Positions 37,305 to 47,608 of a stretch of DNA of 64,000 nucleotides are shown here, piece after piece (within the stretch, counting starts at the first letter, position 1; every line of letters starts with the position of its first letter). Below the pieces are notes generated by a model that did no database searches, was not told the DNA's origin, and worked only from the letters and a program-made list of their open reading frames with translations. This DNA is from Methanothrix sp. (GTDB lineage: Archaea; Halobacteriota; Methanosarcinia; Methanotrichales; Methanotrichaceae), in assembly GCA_037128175.1 (NCBI GenBank), contig JBAXWY010000002.1, positions 1-64,000 of the forward strand. Direction: 5' to 3'. Made by a program: the position numbers and the translations under genes.

Positions 37305-38948
37305 CTAAATAGTCAGCCAGTTGGTGAACGGCGCGATCAAGGTTATGAGCAGGGATGTCAGCACCAACCAGGTAAGAATGGCCACGGTCGTCTTGGTGAA
37401 TCTTTCCGCCTCTGAAGGCCGGACAATCCTCTCAAAGCCGGACTGCACCAGATCCCTGAAGATATGCCCGCCATCCAATGGCACCGCAGGAAGGCAGTTG
37501 AACAGGCCTGCATAAAGGTTGATCCAGCCGATCCAGAGCAGAAGGTTGGCAATCCAGAAGAACCTGCCCCCCAGGGGCTCTGCCCATCCGCTGGGCTCAA
37601 AGACGGCGGTCAGCCAGCCACTAAAACCGGGAAAGCCCTTCTGGGTGAATCCCGGGATTCCCGTAAAAGGCAGGCTGAGCATTAAGTGAAACCCGGTTAT
37701 GCCCATGCTGGGTATATCCTTGAGTGTCTGCAAAAATTGCCTGGCCGGAACCTCCTGAAAGAGTGCGCCCCCTGATAAAACCGCATTCCCTGAGATGCCT
37801 ATGCCTATGAATCCACCGCGGTCTTCCTTGGCCGCAGCCTCTTTCGCAGTTAGATTGACCTGGTAGGTATTGCCCTGACCGGTGGATATGGCGATGATTT
37901 GGCCGGGGCGAGTGGTGTTCATCTGCTTTCTGAAGCCCTCCAGATTTGCGATCTTTATTCCATCAATTTCTGTGATCACACTCCGGGAAGGAAGACCAGC
38001 AGATTCGGCAGGCGAGCCCTTGAAGACAGAAGCCACCATGATGCCTCGCGCCGGCTCGCCGGAGAGGGGCAAGATCTGTTCTCGATCGTCATAAAGCACT
38101 TTCAGGCGGGTTGTGGAACTGCCCAGATGACTGTAGAACTGCTCGATATTGCTATCTCGGTTACCATTTACATCCAATAGCACCATGCCGCTCTCAAAAC
38201 CTGCCTTCTCTGCGCTAGAGCCGGCCTGAACATCGACTACAATCAGCCGATCCACCGGAGATATGGACCCGATGACCGGTCCGAAGAAGAGGGCCATAGC
38301 CACTGCCGCCACAATGAAATTGGAGATGACACCTGCCGATAGAATCCTGATTCTTGCCGCCTTGCTCACCTTTGCCGGCATATCTTTGTTGCCGAAGAGA
38401 TCCACTTCATCCGGCTCCACAAAAGCTGCTATTGGGGCAAATAAAACGGCTACGATTCCCATGGACTTGACGCGCACGCCCTCTACGCGACTGAGTATGC
38501 CGTGAGCGAACTCGTGCACGACCATGGTCACAAAAAGAGCAATCCAGCCCCAGACGAAGGGTATGTACTCATTTAAGCCGGGAATGAGAAGAATGTTTCT
38601 CGGAGCATTATAGCTGCTGGGCAGAGGAGGCTCCTGAATCATGTAATAGGTCATGGCAAGGACCAGTAGCAAAAAATAGGTCATGCTCAATACGACCAGG
38701 GGTATGCCTGCCGAGGCTACCAGTCTCCAGAAACTCTTGGGACGGGCCAGCCTGTCCAGCAGATCCAGACCCCTGGTAGTACGAAAGAACATGGCCAAAG
38801 GAATGCCAAACAAGCATCCTACTGAGATTCCCCGGCTTCGCCATTTTTCGCTATCTTTCAAAGGCAAAAGAAGGATGGAATACAGGCCGATCAGTGCCAG
38901 AGCTATGAGCAGCCAATCAACGTAGTCAAGCTGAAACTGCAAGTCCAA
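37305..38948 (-). CDS. Site-2 (M50) intramembrane metalloprotease with PDZ domains
   Basis: HEFAH, AGVISN, FNCLPAVPLDGG; two GS.AE.AG PDZ segments. Confidence 0.93.
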   Translation of the reverse strand: MDLQFQLDYVDWLLIALALIGLYSILLLPLKDSEKWRSRGISVGCLFGIPLAMFFRTTRGLDLLDRLARPKSFWRLVASAGIPLVVLSMTYFLLLVLAMTYYMIQEPPLPSSYNAPRNILLIPGLNEYIPFVWGWIALFVTMVVHEFAHGILSRVEGVRVKSMGIVAVLFAPIAAFVEPDEVDLFGNKDMPAKVSKAARIRILSAGVISNFIVAAVAMALFFGPVIGSISPVDRLIVVDVQAGSSAEKAGFESGMVLLDVNGNRDSNIEQFYSHLGSSTTRLKVLYDDREQILPLSGEPARGIMVASVFKGSPAESAGLPSRSVITEIDGIKIANLEGFRKQMNTTRPGQIIAISTGQGNTYQVNLTAKEAAAKEDRGGFIGIGISGNAVLSGGALFQEVPARQFLQTLKDIPSMGITGFHLMLSLPFTGIPGFTQKGFPGFSGWLTAVFEPSGWAEPLGGRFFWIANLLLWIGWINLYAGLFNCLPAVPLDGGHIFRDLVQSGFERIVRPSEAERFTKTTVAILTWLVLTSLLITLIAPFTNWLTI

Positions 38949-38958
38949 AATTTAATCC

Positions 38959-39501
38959 TCAGAGTAAGCCCTGCGCCCTCAGCTCTTCCTTGGCCAGCTC
39001 CTGATGCTTCTTCTCCAAAAAGCTATAGACATTTCCATGCGGAGCCCCATCAAGCAGCATCTCTATGGCGGTACGTGCAACTCGCATTTGCTCCGCATAG
39101 CCTAATATGGCGACCGTCTTGCCATACACAGATACCTTGGCGCCGGAGAGCCTCTCCATGATCTCACGCGACCGTCCGTCCTTGCCGATGATGCGGCCCT
39201 TGATGCGTTCCATATCGTTCTTGGTGCCTGCCATCTTGGACAGGTCCAGCACATCGAGCATCAGCATCTCGTCATCAAGAAGGGCCAGAGCCCTCTCCGG
39301 TGAGAAGCCTCTGCCGATGGCTTTTACCAGGTCTAATACTCTAAGGCCCTGCAATGGGTCTTCTGCCGATGCAATAGAGATCGCACCGGTCTCGCTGTCT
39401 ATCTCAATAGTGGTCTTGGTCTTCTCTTCGATAAAGCGCTTCATGGACCCGCCAGGTCCCACCAGCACACCTACGCGCTCTTCTGGAATCTTGATATCCA
39501 A
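38959..39501 (-). CDS. KH-domain ribosome-biogenesis protein (Dim2/Pno1)
   Basis: IP.ER.GVL.G, AIGRGF.PE.A, GRIIG.DG, G.PH..VY. Confidence 0.92.
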   Translation of the reverse strand: MDIKIPEERVGVLVGPGGSMKRFIEEKTKTTIEIDSETGAISIASAEDPLQGLRVLDLVKAIGRGFSPERALALLDDEMLMLDVLDLSKMAGTKNDMERIKGRIIGKDGRSREIMERLSGAKVSVYGKTVAILGYAEQMRVARTAIEMLLDGAPHGNVYSFLEKKHQELAKEELRAQGLL

Positions 39502-39506
39502 TTTAA

Positions 39507-40313
39507 TCAGCCTTCTTTTTTGTCGATCTCTTCAATCTCTTCTTTGTCTTTGCGAAGCCTTGCCCAGATCTCTTCTGGGGAGCCCACGTTATATTTTTTC
39601 TTAAAGTAATGGGCCACGTTGGCTATATCGCGCTCCAGAAATCTTCTGGCCATGGGATGGTCCAGCGTAACAGACTGCCCCATATCTATTATCACCGGAT
39701 CGCCTTCGTCATAAAGTATATTGAACTCGCTCAGATCGGCATGAACGAGCTTCCCACGGTTATAGAGCACCGAGATATATTCGACGATTTTTTCAAAAAT
39801 GCGCTTAGCGTCCTCAGTCTCCAGTTCCACGTCTCTTAGCGGAGGAGCAACATTCTCGCCTTTGCCGATAAGATCCATAACCAGTATGTTCTCCCTCATG
39901 GCTATGGGATGGGGCACGGCTACACCCACCTCTTCCGCTCGCGTCAGGTTCCGAAATTCCTTCCGGGTCCAGGCCGCGACAATAGCTCTCTTTGTGCCCT
40001 TCACGTTTCCAAATCGTGGATCGCCATGCAAGTAGTCCTGCATGGAATTGAAATTGCTGGTAGAGATGCGGTAAATCTTTAGGGCAAGCTGTTTTTCACC
40101 CACGATGGCCTTAAAAATGTTGGCTTCTTTGCCGGTGCAGACGGACCCGCCCAGAGCATCGATTACGCCCTTGCTGGCCAAGCTGTAAAGGTCCATCAGG
40201 GTGCGCTTATCGAAGACAGCATCCTGGACGTTTAGATCATCGGAGTCCTTTATCCTGGTACGAAGAACATCGATCTTGGTATCGAAATCTTCATCCTTGG
40301 TACGCCGGCTCAT
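39507..40313 (-). CDS. rio1: RIO1 serine/threonine kinase
   Basis: TGKEANIF, A.KIY, KEFRNL, LVHADLSEFNIL, IIDMGQ. Confidence 0.95.
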   Translation of the reverse strand: MSRRTKDEDFDTKIDVLRTRIKDSDDLNVQDAVFDKRTLMDLYSLASKGVIDALGGSVCTGKEANIFKAIVGEKQLALKIYRISTSNFNSMQDYLHGDPRFGNVKGTKRAIVAAWTRKEFRNLTRAEEVGVAVPHPIAMRENILVMDLIGKGENVAPPLRDVELETEDAKRIFEKIVEYISVLYNRGKLVHADLSEFNILYDEGDPVIIDMGQSVTLDHPMARRFLERDIANVAHYFKKKYNVGSPEEIWARLRKDKEEIEEIDKKEG

Positions 40314-40338
40314 AAAGTGCCTTTCAAGAAGATTCCTT

Positions 40339-40662
40339 TCAAGAAGTTCCTTTCAGAAATCCCTTGCGCTGCAGCCAGTCCACCTGGGGGCCTGTGTATC
40401 TCCAGACTACATCGGCCTTCTCATTCTGGATTTCCCAGGGAATGACAATAACCACATCACCCTGTCTAATCCAGATCCTCTTCTTCATCTTGCCAGGTAT
40501 GCGCCCCATCCTGGTGATGCCGTCGATGCATCTCACCTTTATGCGATTGGCTCCAAGTAAGCTTTCCACATGACCGAATATTTCTCGATCCTGTTTGCGG
40601 GGGAGACGGACTCTGGTAATTACAGCTCCTTCTTCTTCCCTGCCACGACCTCTATTATACAG
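40339..40662 (-). CDS. eif1a: Translation initiation factor aIF-1A (probable CTG start)
   Basis: RVRLP...LLGAN...C.DG..R..RIPGKM.KRIWIR.GDVV...PW...KAD..WRY; frame open to CTG 40662 after GAGGTGA. Confidence 0.93.
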   Translation of the reverse strand: MYNRGRGREEEGAVITRVRLPRKQDREIFGHVESLLGANRIKVRCIDGITRMGRIPGKMKKRIWIRQGDVVIVIPWEIQNEKADVVWRYTGPQVDWLQRKGFLKGTS

Positions 40663-40810
40663 CTTATCACCTCAAATAATAATTATGGACACGAGACTCA
40701 TGGAATCTTCGGGGCCGCTCTTGCCCCGAGTAGCCAAAGTATCTTTCTTTTCGCCCTTCGGCTAAAAACCACTCTTAAATAGTTAAAGCTTGTGTCGGCC
40801 AAAATGCAAA

Positions 40811-40884
40811 TGGGCCCGACGCGATTCGAACGCGTGATCCCCGCCGTGTGAAGGCGATGTCATAACCAGCTAGACCACAGGCCC
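40811..40884 (-). tRNA. tRNA-Val(CAC)
   Basis: gggcctg...cgggccca acceptor stem, TTCGAA T-loop, anticodon loop tt-cac-ac. Confidence 0.93.
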
Positions 40885-40999
40885 TCGAAGTAAGCCTAGT
40901 AAGTCATCAGCTATTTGTATCTTGCCCTTGGGAAGAGAACGGCAAAACTCATGCGCCTAGGAATTATTTAAATACTAATTCGCGAAGCTAATAAAACGA

Positions 41000-41785
41000 A
41001 TGAGTTTCATTTTGCGAAACCCAGCCTACACCTTTTATGAGCGGCTTTTAAAGTCACGCATTCTTGCCGGAGAGCCGGTGGAGCATGTGGCCATAATTCA
41101 GGATGGAAACCGCAGATATGCCCTGCAAAAAGGCCTCTCCAGGTTCCTGGGGCACAGCCTTGGTGCCGACACCTCGGAGAAGGTCTCCGATTGGTGCCTG
41201 GAGGTAGGTGTTAAGCATCTTACCCTCTATGCCTTTTCCACAGAGAACTTTGATAGGGACGAGTTGGAGAAGCGCTATCTCTTTGATCTGATCAAAAACA
41301 AGTTTGGGGAGCTTTGTCGCTCCAAAAAAATTCATGCCAACAGGGTTCGCGTAAGGGCCATCGGCAGGGTGGAGATGCTGCCCCTGGACCTTCAGGAGGA
41401 GATCTGCCGCACTGAGGATGCCACGCGAGAATATGAGACGATGTACCTGAACGTAGCCCTGGCCTACGGCGGCCAACGCGAGCTGGTAGACGCAGCGCGA
41501 TTCCTGGCGCGCCAGATAAGAGAGGGAAAGATCAGGGCAGAAGATGTGGACGAGGATCTGATCGCAACGCACCTCTATCCGCAGGACGGCATTTCTGTGC
41601 CCAAAGTGGATCTGATCATCAGGACGGGCGGGGACAGCCGCACCTCCAACTTCTTGCCCTGGCAGGCCAACGGCAATGAGTGTGCCGCATACTTTTGTGC
41701 GCCCTACTGGCCCGAGTTTCGGAAGATCGACTTTCTGCGCGCCATTCGCACTGCCCAGACCAGGGGGCCGGGCCAACAAGCTTAA
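41000..41785 (+). CDS. uppS: cis-prenyltransferase (undecaprenyl/polyprenyl diphosphate synthase)
   Basis: HVAIIQDGNRRYA, YAFSTENF, ALAYGG, DLIIRTGG..RTSNFL.WQ. Confidence 0.95.
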   Translation: MSFILRNPAYTFYERLLKSRILAGEPVEHVAIIQDGNRRYALQKGLSRFLGHSLGADTSEKVSDWCLEVGVKHLTLYAFSTENFDRDELEKRYLFDLIKNKFGELCRSKKIHANRVRVRAIGRVEMLPLDLQEEICRTEDATREYETMYLNVALAYGGQRELVDAARFLARQIREGKIRAEDVDEDLIATHLYPQDGISVPKVDLIIRTGGDSRTSNFLPWQANGNECAAYFCAPYWPEFRKIDFLRAIRTAQTRGPGQQA

Positions 41786-41815
41786 TAACTAAAAGCATGC
41801 CATGAGGGATGTTTT

Positions 41816-41903
41816 GTCCCGATGGGGTAGTGGACATCCCGAAGGCCTGCGGAGCCAAAAGCGCAGAGAGCCTTCAACCCGGGTTCGAATCCCGGTCGGG
41901 ACG
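41816..41903 (+). tRNA. tRNA-Arg(GCG) with ~16-nt intron at the canonical 37/38 site (about 41853-41868)
   Basis: gtcccga/tcgggac acceptor stem, aaggc-ctgcgg^a-gcctt anticodon arm once the insert is removed, GTTCGAATC. Confidence 0.88.
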
Positions 41904-42030
41904 TTGATTTACAGGCAATGGATCACGGTTTTATCGTATAGATCGCATTGGCAATGAAGATAGGTAGATAGGCCCAAGGCCAGCCTCCTCTCGACCTCAT
42001 TTCTTGGTCGCGATGCAATCGCTTTTGAGA

Positions 42031-43248
42031 TTAGTTTTCTCCATCTTTGCCGAGTCTTTCCCTAATAACCTCGAAATTGTAGCTTGATTGTATTAGAGAA
42101 AAGGAGTTCTCAACCAGATTCCGTCCTATACTCGAATCGAGCATCAATCTGATACACTGTCTCGCAAAATCTTCTGCAGTATCCCCAATCAATACGTGCT
42201 GTTCGTGATTCACAGGAATGCCCTCTACACCAACCGAGGTCGAAATGACCGGTTTTCGATAGGCAAAAGCCTCTAAGGCTTTAATTCGGGTCCCCCCCCC
42301 AGCACGTATGGGTATAACCACTGCATCTGAATATTCATAAATAGGTCCCGTATCGACCACGGGTCCGATTAGGTCAACTTCAGGGATCTTTGATAGATAG
42401 GACGCAAATTTTTTTGGTACATTCATCCCTACAATCTTGAAAGAAAATGCCATTGGAGCATGCTTCCTTATAATAGGAAGGATTTGATCACAGAAATAAA
42501 TCGCTGCATCACGATTAGGGTAATACCCCAAAGAACCCACAAATAGGAATTTAAAAAGAGTTGTTTTTCTCTCCCGCCCCCTTGAATTAGGGATGTCTAT
42601 GATGTTTGGAACGACTTTAACACGATAATATTTATATTTTTCATAAATTTTATGTTTATCGCCTTCTGAACAAACGCAGACTTGATCGAAAAGAGGTAAC
42701 TGCGCTCTTTCCATTTCTTCATATTGGCTAGATTCCAGATCTACCCTCTTTGATACCCGCCCCTCACCATTCAACTCATAGAGCTTGCTCAGTCGTTTCC
42801 TGGTTATGGATTCGATATCATCTAAATCTAGTTGAAGATATTGTCCTGAATTGAGTTCGAGCATATCTTTTACATAGGGAACCATGTAAAGCCGGAATAC
42901 ATGAATCATGTCAAAATGTATTCCTAAGAAGGATTGATTAATCTTCGTCAACCTATTTCCTGTTAAGAATAATAGTTCGCGGGGTTTTCTAGGCCAGAAA
43001 ACAATCGATATACCCTTTTTCAGAAAATACTCAAGAGGATTTATAGTATATACAACAATATCATGACACATTTCCAGTACTTCAGGGCCCAAAGCAGGCT
43101 TTCTAAAACCAGAAACCTTTATTATCAAGAGGTATATTTCATATTCGATCGATAAAGCCCTTAAATTGTTATACGCCCTAATGGAGATACCTGGACCTGT
43201 GATACAAGGCGGTACAGGTGTGACGAATAGAAGTTTTGGTTTCGACAT
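42031..43248 (-). CDS. GT4 glycosyltransferase
   Basis: FVGSLGYYPNRDA, PIRAGGGTRIKALEAFA, STSVG.EGI. Confidence 0.9.
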   Translation of the reverse strand: MSKPKLLFVTPVPPCITGPGISIRAYNNLRALSIEYEIYLLIIKVSGFRKPALGPEVLEMCHDIVVYTINPLEYFLKKGISIVFWPRKPRELLFLTGNRLTKINQSFLGIHFDMIHVFRLYMVPYVKDMLELNSGQYLQLDLDDIESITRKRLSKLYELNGEGRVSKRVDLESSQYEEMERAQLPLFDQVCVCSEGDKHKIYEKYKYYRVKVVPNIIDIPNSRGRERKTTLFKFLFVGSLGYYPNRDAAIYFCDQILPIIRKHAPMAFSFKIVGMNVPKKFASYLSKIPEVDLIGPVVDTGPIYEYSDAVVIPIRAGGGTRIKALEAFAYRKPVISTSVGVEGIPVNHEQHVLIGDTAEDFARQCIRLMLDSSIGRNLVENSFSLIQSSYNFEVIRERLGKDGEN

Positions 43249-43252
43249 GCAT

Positions 43253-44197
43253 TCAAATTCTCCTTATTAATGTGTGTTTTCTCAAGATTAGATTTAGAAA
43301 TAAAATTAAATATTTGGGGTAATACCTTGAGTATCTTGTCATGCCAATAAGATATTTTGCACTCAAAAGACTCTTTTGCCTCAATAGCGTCAAAAAGGTT
43401 AAGCTGTAAATAAAGAAAAAATCCTCAGGATCATGTAGCATACCGCCCAATAATAATTTGTGAAGAAATTTAAGTAGATGTTGATTATAGTCGCTTAGGC
43501 ACGTTTGATTTGCACTATGACGACGATAGAATGCATGGATTTCCCTATTACATTTAAAACGGCATCCCTGGGACGCCAAGGTAAGCCAAAAATATTTGTC
43601 TTCACCAACTCGCAAATCCTCGAGAAACCTCACATGCTTCAGGCTGCATCTCTTGATTATTAAGGAATGAATGGGATGAGAATAGCATAGCAACTCATGA
43701 AAAGGACTCAATTCCAGGTCTTTACAGTGTGTTTGATAAATAGGTTTTACAAATTTCGTCGGTATTTCCCAAGGCATCCGGTTAGATGAGGATGCTATTT
43801 TTTCTAAATTTCCGTCTAATGTAAAGAAGTAGGCAAATAGAGATGATACAATATCTACATCATCTTCAAATAGAGGCAAACTAGACTCGATCATTCTTGG
43901 GTGGATTAGATCATCATCATCTAAGAAGATAATAAACTCACCCACAGCTTTATCCAGGGCAAAGTTTCTTGCAAACGAAGGTCCTCTGTTCTCAGGAAGA
44001 TAAAATACTTTTATTATAGGACTCAGCTTTGTTACGTCATTTATTTGTCCCAATAAATCCTTCCTTGACCCATCATCCGCAATTAAGATTTCATAAATAG
44101 GATGAGTCTGATCCAGAACCGATTTTACAGCTTGAGCAAGGTAAAATGGCCTGTCTTTGGAAGTTATGACAACTGAAACGTTACCAACCATGTTCAT
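43253..44197 (-). CDS. GT2 glycosyltransferase
   Basis: VSVVI, SVL.QT, ADDGS, GPSFARN, FLDDDD, GED. Confidence 0.9.
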   Translation of the reverse strand: MNMVGNVSVVITSKDRPFYLAQAVKSVLDQTHPIYEILIADDGSRKDLLGQINDVTKLSPIIKVFYLPENRGPSFARNFALDKAVGEFIIFLDDDDLIHPRMIESSLPLFEDDVDIVSSLFAYFFTLDGNLEKIASSSNRMPWEIPTKFVKPIYQTHCKDLELSPFHELLCYSHPIHSLIIKRCSLKHVRFLEDLRVGEDKYFWLTLASQGCRFKCNREIHAFYRRHSANQTCLSDYNQHLLKFLHKLLLGGMLHDPEDFFFIYSLTFLTLLRQKSLLSAKYLIGMTRYSRYYPKYLILFLNLILRKHTLIRRI

Positions 44198-45044
44198 CCT
44201 CTCGTTGTGGTAAAAATGGCCTAGCAATGATATTATATGTTGTATCAATATTGCGTATATAATCTTCTGTAATTAAATCTCCGTGAAAGGATGAAAAATC
44301 CTTGCGTTTCTTCGACCACCAGAGATGACTCCAAAGATGCATGCTGATGACTCCTTCGAGATCTCTGTCACATTCCTCGAAAAGAGTTCTGATCCCTTCA
44401 ATCGTCCACATATGCCGATAGAAGGTCCTGCTGGGCTCTATGTGGATAAGATCAGGATACTTTTTGCTCAGTCGATATGGGAGAAGAGTTGAATGCTTGC
44501 TCCAAGAGCCATCGAATTCTTTTTCCATGGCATCAAGCCATATCTTAGCAAATTCGGAGCCCTTTTGGGACATGATGAGGGCGTTGCACAAAGAGGGCCT
44601 TTTCAAACCAGATCTTCCCACCCAAATATCGTCTTCCCTTCCAAGGACAAAGGACTTTGAAAGAAGAATATCTGAAAATTTTTTTACGAAAATAGTGTCT
44701 ATATCAGCATAAATTCCGCCCCTTTGAATTAATTTTTTTAATCTTATAAAATCTGAATGGTGCGCGTAAATATACTTCTTGCAGGCCCTATTGCGAAATC
44801 CATATGGAAATTTTGCGATAAAGGGCACCAAATCCACCTGTTCTAAGGTTAAGTGCCTCTTAATGAGTTCCCAATATATCCCATAAGGCTTGTTATGATA
44901 ATAAAAATAAATTTTATCGGGTTGATTGATCCGACGACATGATTCAATGCAGAGATAGTGAGCAAGATGAAACGGTTCCTTTTGGTTTTTTAGACCAAAT
45001 ATAAAGTGAAATTGATTAGGTATGGTTGTATTCATTATTCTCAA
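44181..45044 (-). CDS. GT32-like DXD glycosyltransferase
   Basis: IP...HFI, AH.SD.IRL..L...GGIYADID, H.W. Confidence 0.85.
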   Translation of the reverse strand: MRIMNTTIPNQFHFIFGLKNQKEPFHLAHYLCIESCRRINQPDKIYFYYHNKPYGIYWELIKRHLTLEQVDLVPFIAKFPYGFRNRACKKYIYAHHSDFIRLKKLIQRGGIYADIDTIFVKKFSDILLSKSFVLGREDDIWVGRSGLKRPSLCNALIMSQKGSEFAKIWLDAMEKEFDGSWSKHSTLLPYRLSKKYPDLIHIEPSRTFYRHMWTIEGIRTLFEECDRDLEGVISMHLWSHLWWSKKRKDFSSFHGDLITEDYIRNIDTTYNIIARPFLPQREDEHGW

Positions 45045-46240
45045 CTCTGTTTAATGGCCTGGATCAAACTCGGTATTATGACCGATTCGTTAAAGCACTC
45101 GTGGATGTGCCTGCTCAGCATTATTCCTCTATGATCAGCCGTGTTTCTCTCCTCAAAAACCTGTCGGATTAATTTGGATGCATGGGTCAGATTCGGTTCA
45201 GCCCACCTCTGATCCTGTGAATAGGATTTCTTTCCGACCGCATCTATCACGGGCACAAGACGGTAATCCACTAAATAGGCCAAATGCCCAGGCAGGTATT
45301 CCCTCTGACCGCCATATCCTGTGATTATAATCGGTTTTCCAAAGCTGGCAGCATCAAAGGCTCCCAAACCCCAACCCTCAGACCTGCATAGTGAGATGTA
45401 GCAGTCTCCACGGGCATGAAGATTGAGAATATCTTCCCCACTTATTTCCTCATCAATGAGCTTTACACGTGCCGGATTTCTATAATCTTTCAATATTTTC
45501 TTAACAGCTCCCTCTGTGTGGGAAAAGAACCTCCAAAAATACCTCTTTGTATGATCAAATTTCGTCGTTTTGATCAATAAGAGTGTATTATCATCCGCTG
45601 TAAAATTATCAAGATAGCACTGAATTGTATTACCAAGGGCCTTTCGGGCGGTCCACATCCCAATGCTATAAAAGACATAATCATCCGCTCCAATGCCCCA
45701 GCAAGACATATCGTAAGATGATTGAGATGCATTAGAAGGAGATCGCATAGGATTAGAATTAATTGCTATATGAGGTATAACTAAGATAGGTCTTGTTACG
45801 CCCCATCTTATGAATATCTCTTTGTTCCATTGAGATGGGACCAATAGCAGGTCCATGGTATTAAGAAGGGCCGGCCAGTGTCTTGGAGGCTTATCCGTCT
45901 CCCAGACAGTGTATCCGATCATCCTCTTTCCAGGTTCACGTTTCAACCATAAGGGATAGTATTCCGGAGTAAGATGCAAAATGATCGTATCGTATTTAAT
46001 ATTGAGATTGCACACAGAATCCAAATCAGTATCGCCTATTTCCCTTCCCAAGAAAGGTGCGTACCCCAAACCCCAGCCTTTTCCAGGGATCATAGGCGTC
46101 CAGGTTATGGGAATGCCCGTTTTAATCAAGCCAAGTAAATAGGCTTTGGCTGCATATCCATATCCACTCTTTTCGTAAAGAGAGACATACTTGATGCCTT
46201 CGACAGAGTTCTCATCATTACTTGGGAATATCGGTGCCAT
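45041..46240 (-). CDS. GT4-like glycosyltransferase
   Basis: GYTVWETDK, RKA, DCYISLCRSEGWGLG.F.AA..GKP.I.TG.GG. Confidence 0.88.
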   Translation of the reverse strand: MAPIFPSNDENSVEGIKYVSLYEKSGYGYAAKAYLLGLIKTGIPITWTPMIPGKGWGLGYAPFLGREIGDTDLDSVCNLNIKYDTIILHLTPEYYPLWLKREPGKRMIGYTVWETDKPPRHWPALLNTMDLLLVPSQWNKEIFIRWGVTRPILVIPHIAINSNPMRSPSNASQSSYDMSCWGIGADDYVFYSIGMWTARKALGNTIQCYLDNFTADDNTLLLIKTTKFDHTKRYFWRFFSHTEGAVKKILKDYRNPARVKLIDEEISGEDILNLHARGDCYISLCRSEGWGLGAFDAASFGKPIIITGYGGQREYLPGHLAYLVDYRLVPVIDAVGKKSYSQDQRWAEPNLTHASKLIRQVFEERNTADHRGIMLSRHIHECFNESVIIPSLIQAIKQS

Positions 46241-47501
46241 CCATCTCGCCTCTCTGCCGAAACTTCGTCTCCGCTAAAGCTGTTATAAACCTTCGCATAA
46301 CTTTATCTTCACCAAAACAATCATTTACGTGCTTGCTTAAGGCTTCTCCTCGTGCTTTAGCCTCTTTCTGATTTTCAAAAACGTGTCTCATCAACCGGCA
46401 TGCTTGGGATTTCATAGGCTCTGCCCACCTCTGATCCTCGGTAAAACGCCCCTGATCCCAATCATCCCTTACGGGAACCAGATCATAACCAACCAGATAT
46501 GTTAATTCTCCGGGCAAAAAATCCAAATGGCCTCCGAAACCAGTTATTATAACCGGCTTGCCCATGCCTGCCGCAGTGAACGGTCCCAAGCCCCATCCCT
46601 CGGATCTACATAATGATATATAACAATCCCCCCGATAATGCAATTCCATGACTTCATTATCGGTTATAGTCTCATCAATCAGCATTATTCTGGCAGGAAA
46701 AACGTATTTCCTTTGAATTGAGCATAGAACACTCACAGAATCCTTCTTGCATCGAGTGAGGTTTAATAAGGTGGCCGCATTTTTTATTATATTTAGATTT
46801 TTCTTAAAATCTTTCATTTTTTTAAATCGTTGCAACTGTGAATCTTCATAGGCATATTTTGTTGTTTTAACAACAAGCAAGACAGGATCATTCCCCGTAA
46901 ACGTATCCAAATAATATTGAATCGTATTCCAAACTGCTTTCCTTGCGGTCCAGGTTTCAATGGTATAGAAGACAAAATCGGAAGGATTGATCACCCGTGG
47001 CAATCTATGGCCATCCGAAGGACGCCTATATCCATCGAAAATATGGGGGATAGCATCGATCGGTTTGCATACGCCGCTCTTTATGAACACTTCTTTGTTC
47101 CATTGACAAGGCACGAGTACACGATCGACAAGGTTCAACAGCTTCGGCCAGTGAGCAGGCAGCTTATCCGTCTCCCATACGGTGTAGCCAATAATTCTTT
47201 TGTCCTTTTCGTTATCTATCCAATAAGGATAATGCTCTGGCGGCATATGGATGATTACGGTGTCATACTTTATCGGCTTGTTGCAGAAAGGATCAAGCTC
47301 CTTGTCTCCGATATTGGCTCCAGTAAACGGTCCCAATTTGCCGTCAGTTCCCCTTACCAAAGGCGTCCAGGTAAAAGGGATGCCAAAATTTTTGAAACCA
47401 ATCATATACCTTTTGGCCGCAATAAAATATCCATTTGCCCCATAGAAAGAGATATACTTAATTCCGTTTAGTGATTTATATTCAGAATCATCATTGATCA
47501 A
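46218..47501 (-). CDS. GT4-like glycosyltransferase (paralog of neighbour)
   Basis: Same GYTVWETDK and DCYISLCRSEGWGLG motifs. Confidence 0.88.
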   Translation of the reverse strand: MINDDSEYKSLNGIKYISFYGANGYFIAAKRYMIGFKNFGIPFTWTPLVRGTDGKLGPFTGANIGDKELDPFCNKPIKYDTVIIHMPPEHYPYWIDNEKDKRIIGYTVWETDKLPAHWPKLLNLVDRVLVPCQWNKEVFIKSGVCKPIDAIPHIFDGYRRPSDGHRLPRVINPSDFVFYTIETWTARKAVWNTIQYYLDTFTGNDPVLLVVKTTKYAYEDSQLQRFKKMKDFKKNLNIIKNAATLLNLTRCKKDSVSVLCSIQRKYVFPARIMLIDETITDNEVMELHYRGDCYISLCRSEGWGLGPFTAAGMGKPVIITGFGGHLDFLPGELTYLVGYDLVPVRDDWDQGRFTEDQRWAEPMKSQACRLMRHVFENQKEAKARGEALSKHVNDCFGEDKVMRRFITALAETKFRQRGEMDGTDIPK

Positions 47502-47608
47502 TAATATTCACCTGGCAGTTGGCATGCTCTGTTTGCTGCCACATTGTTCCTATATCCAGATTTCGACTTCCTTCTACTGGGATAAATACCTTTTATCAAT
47601 TATCCAAC

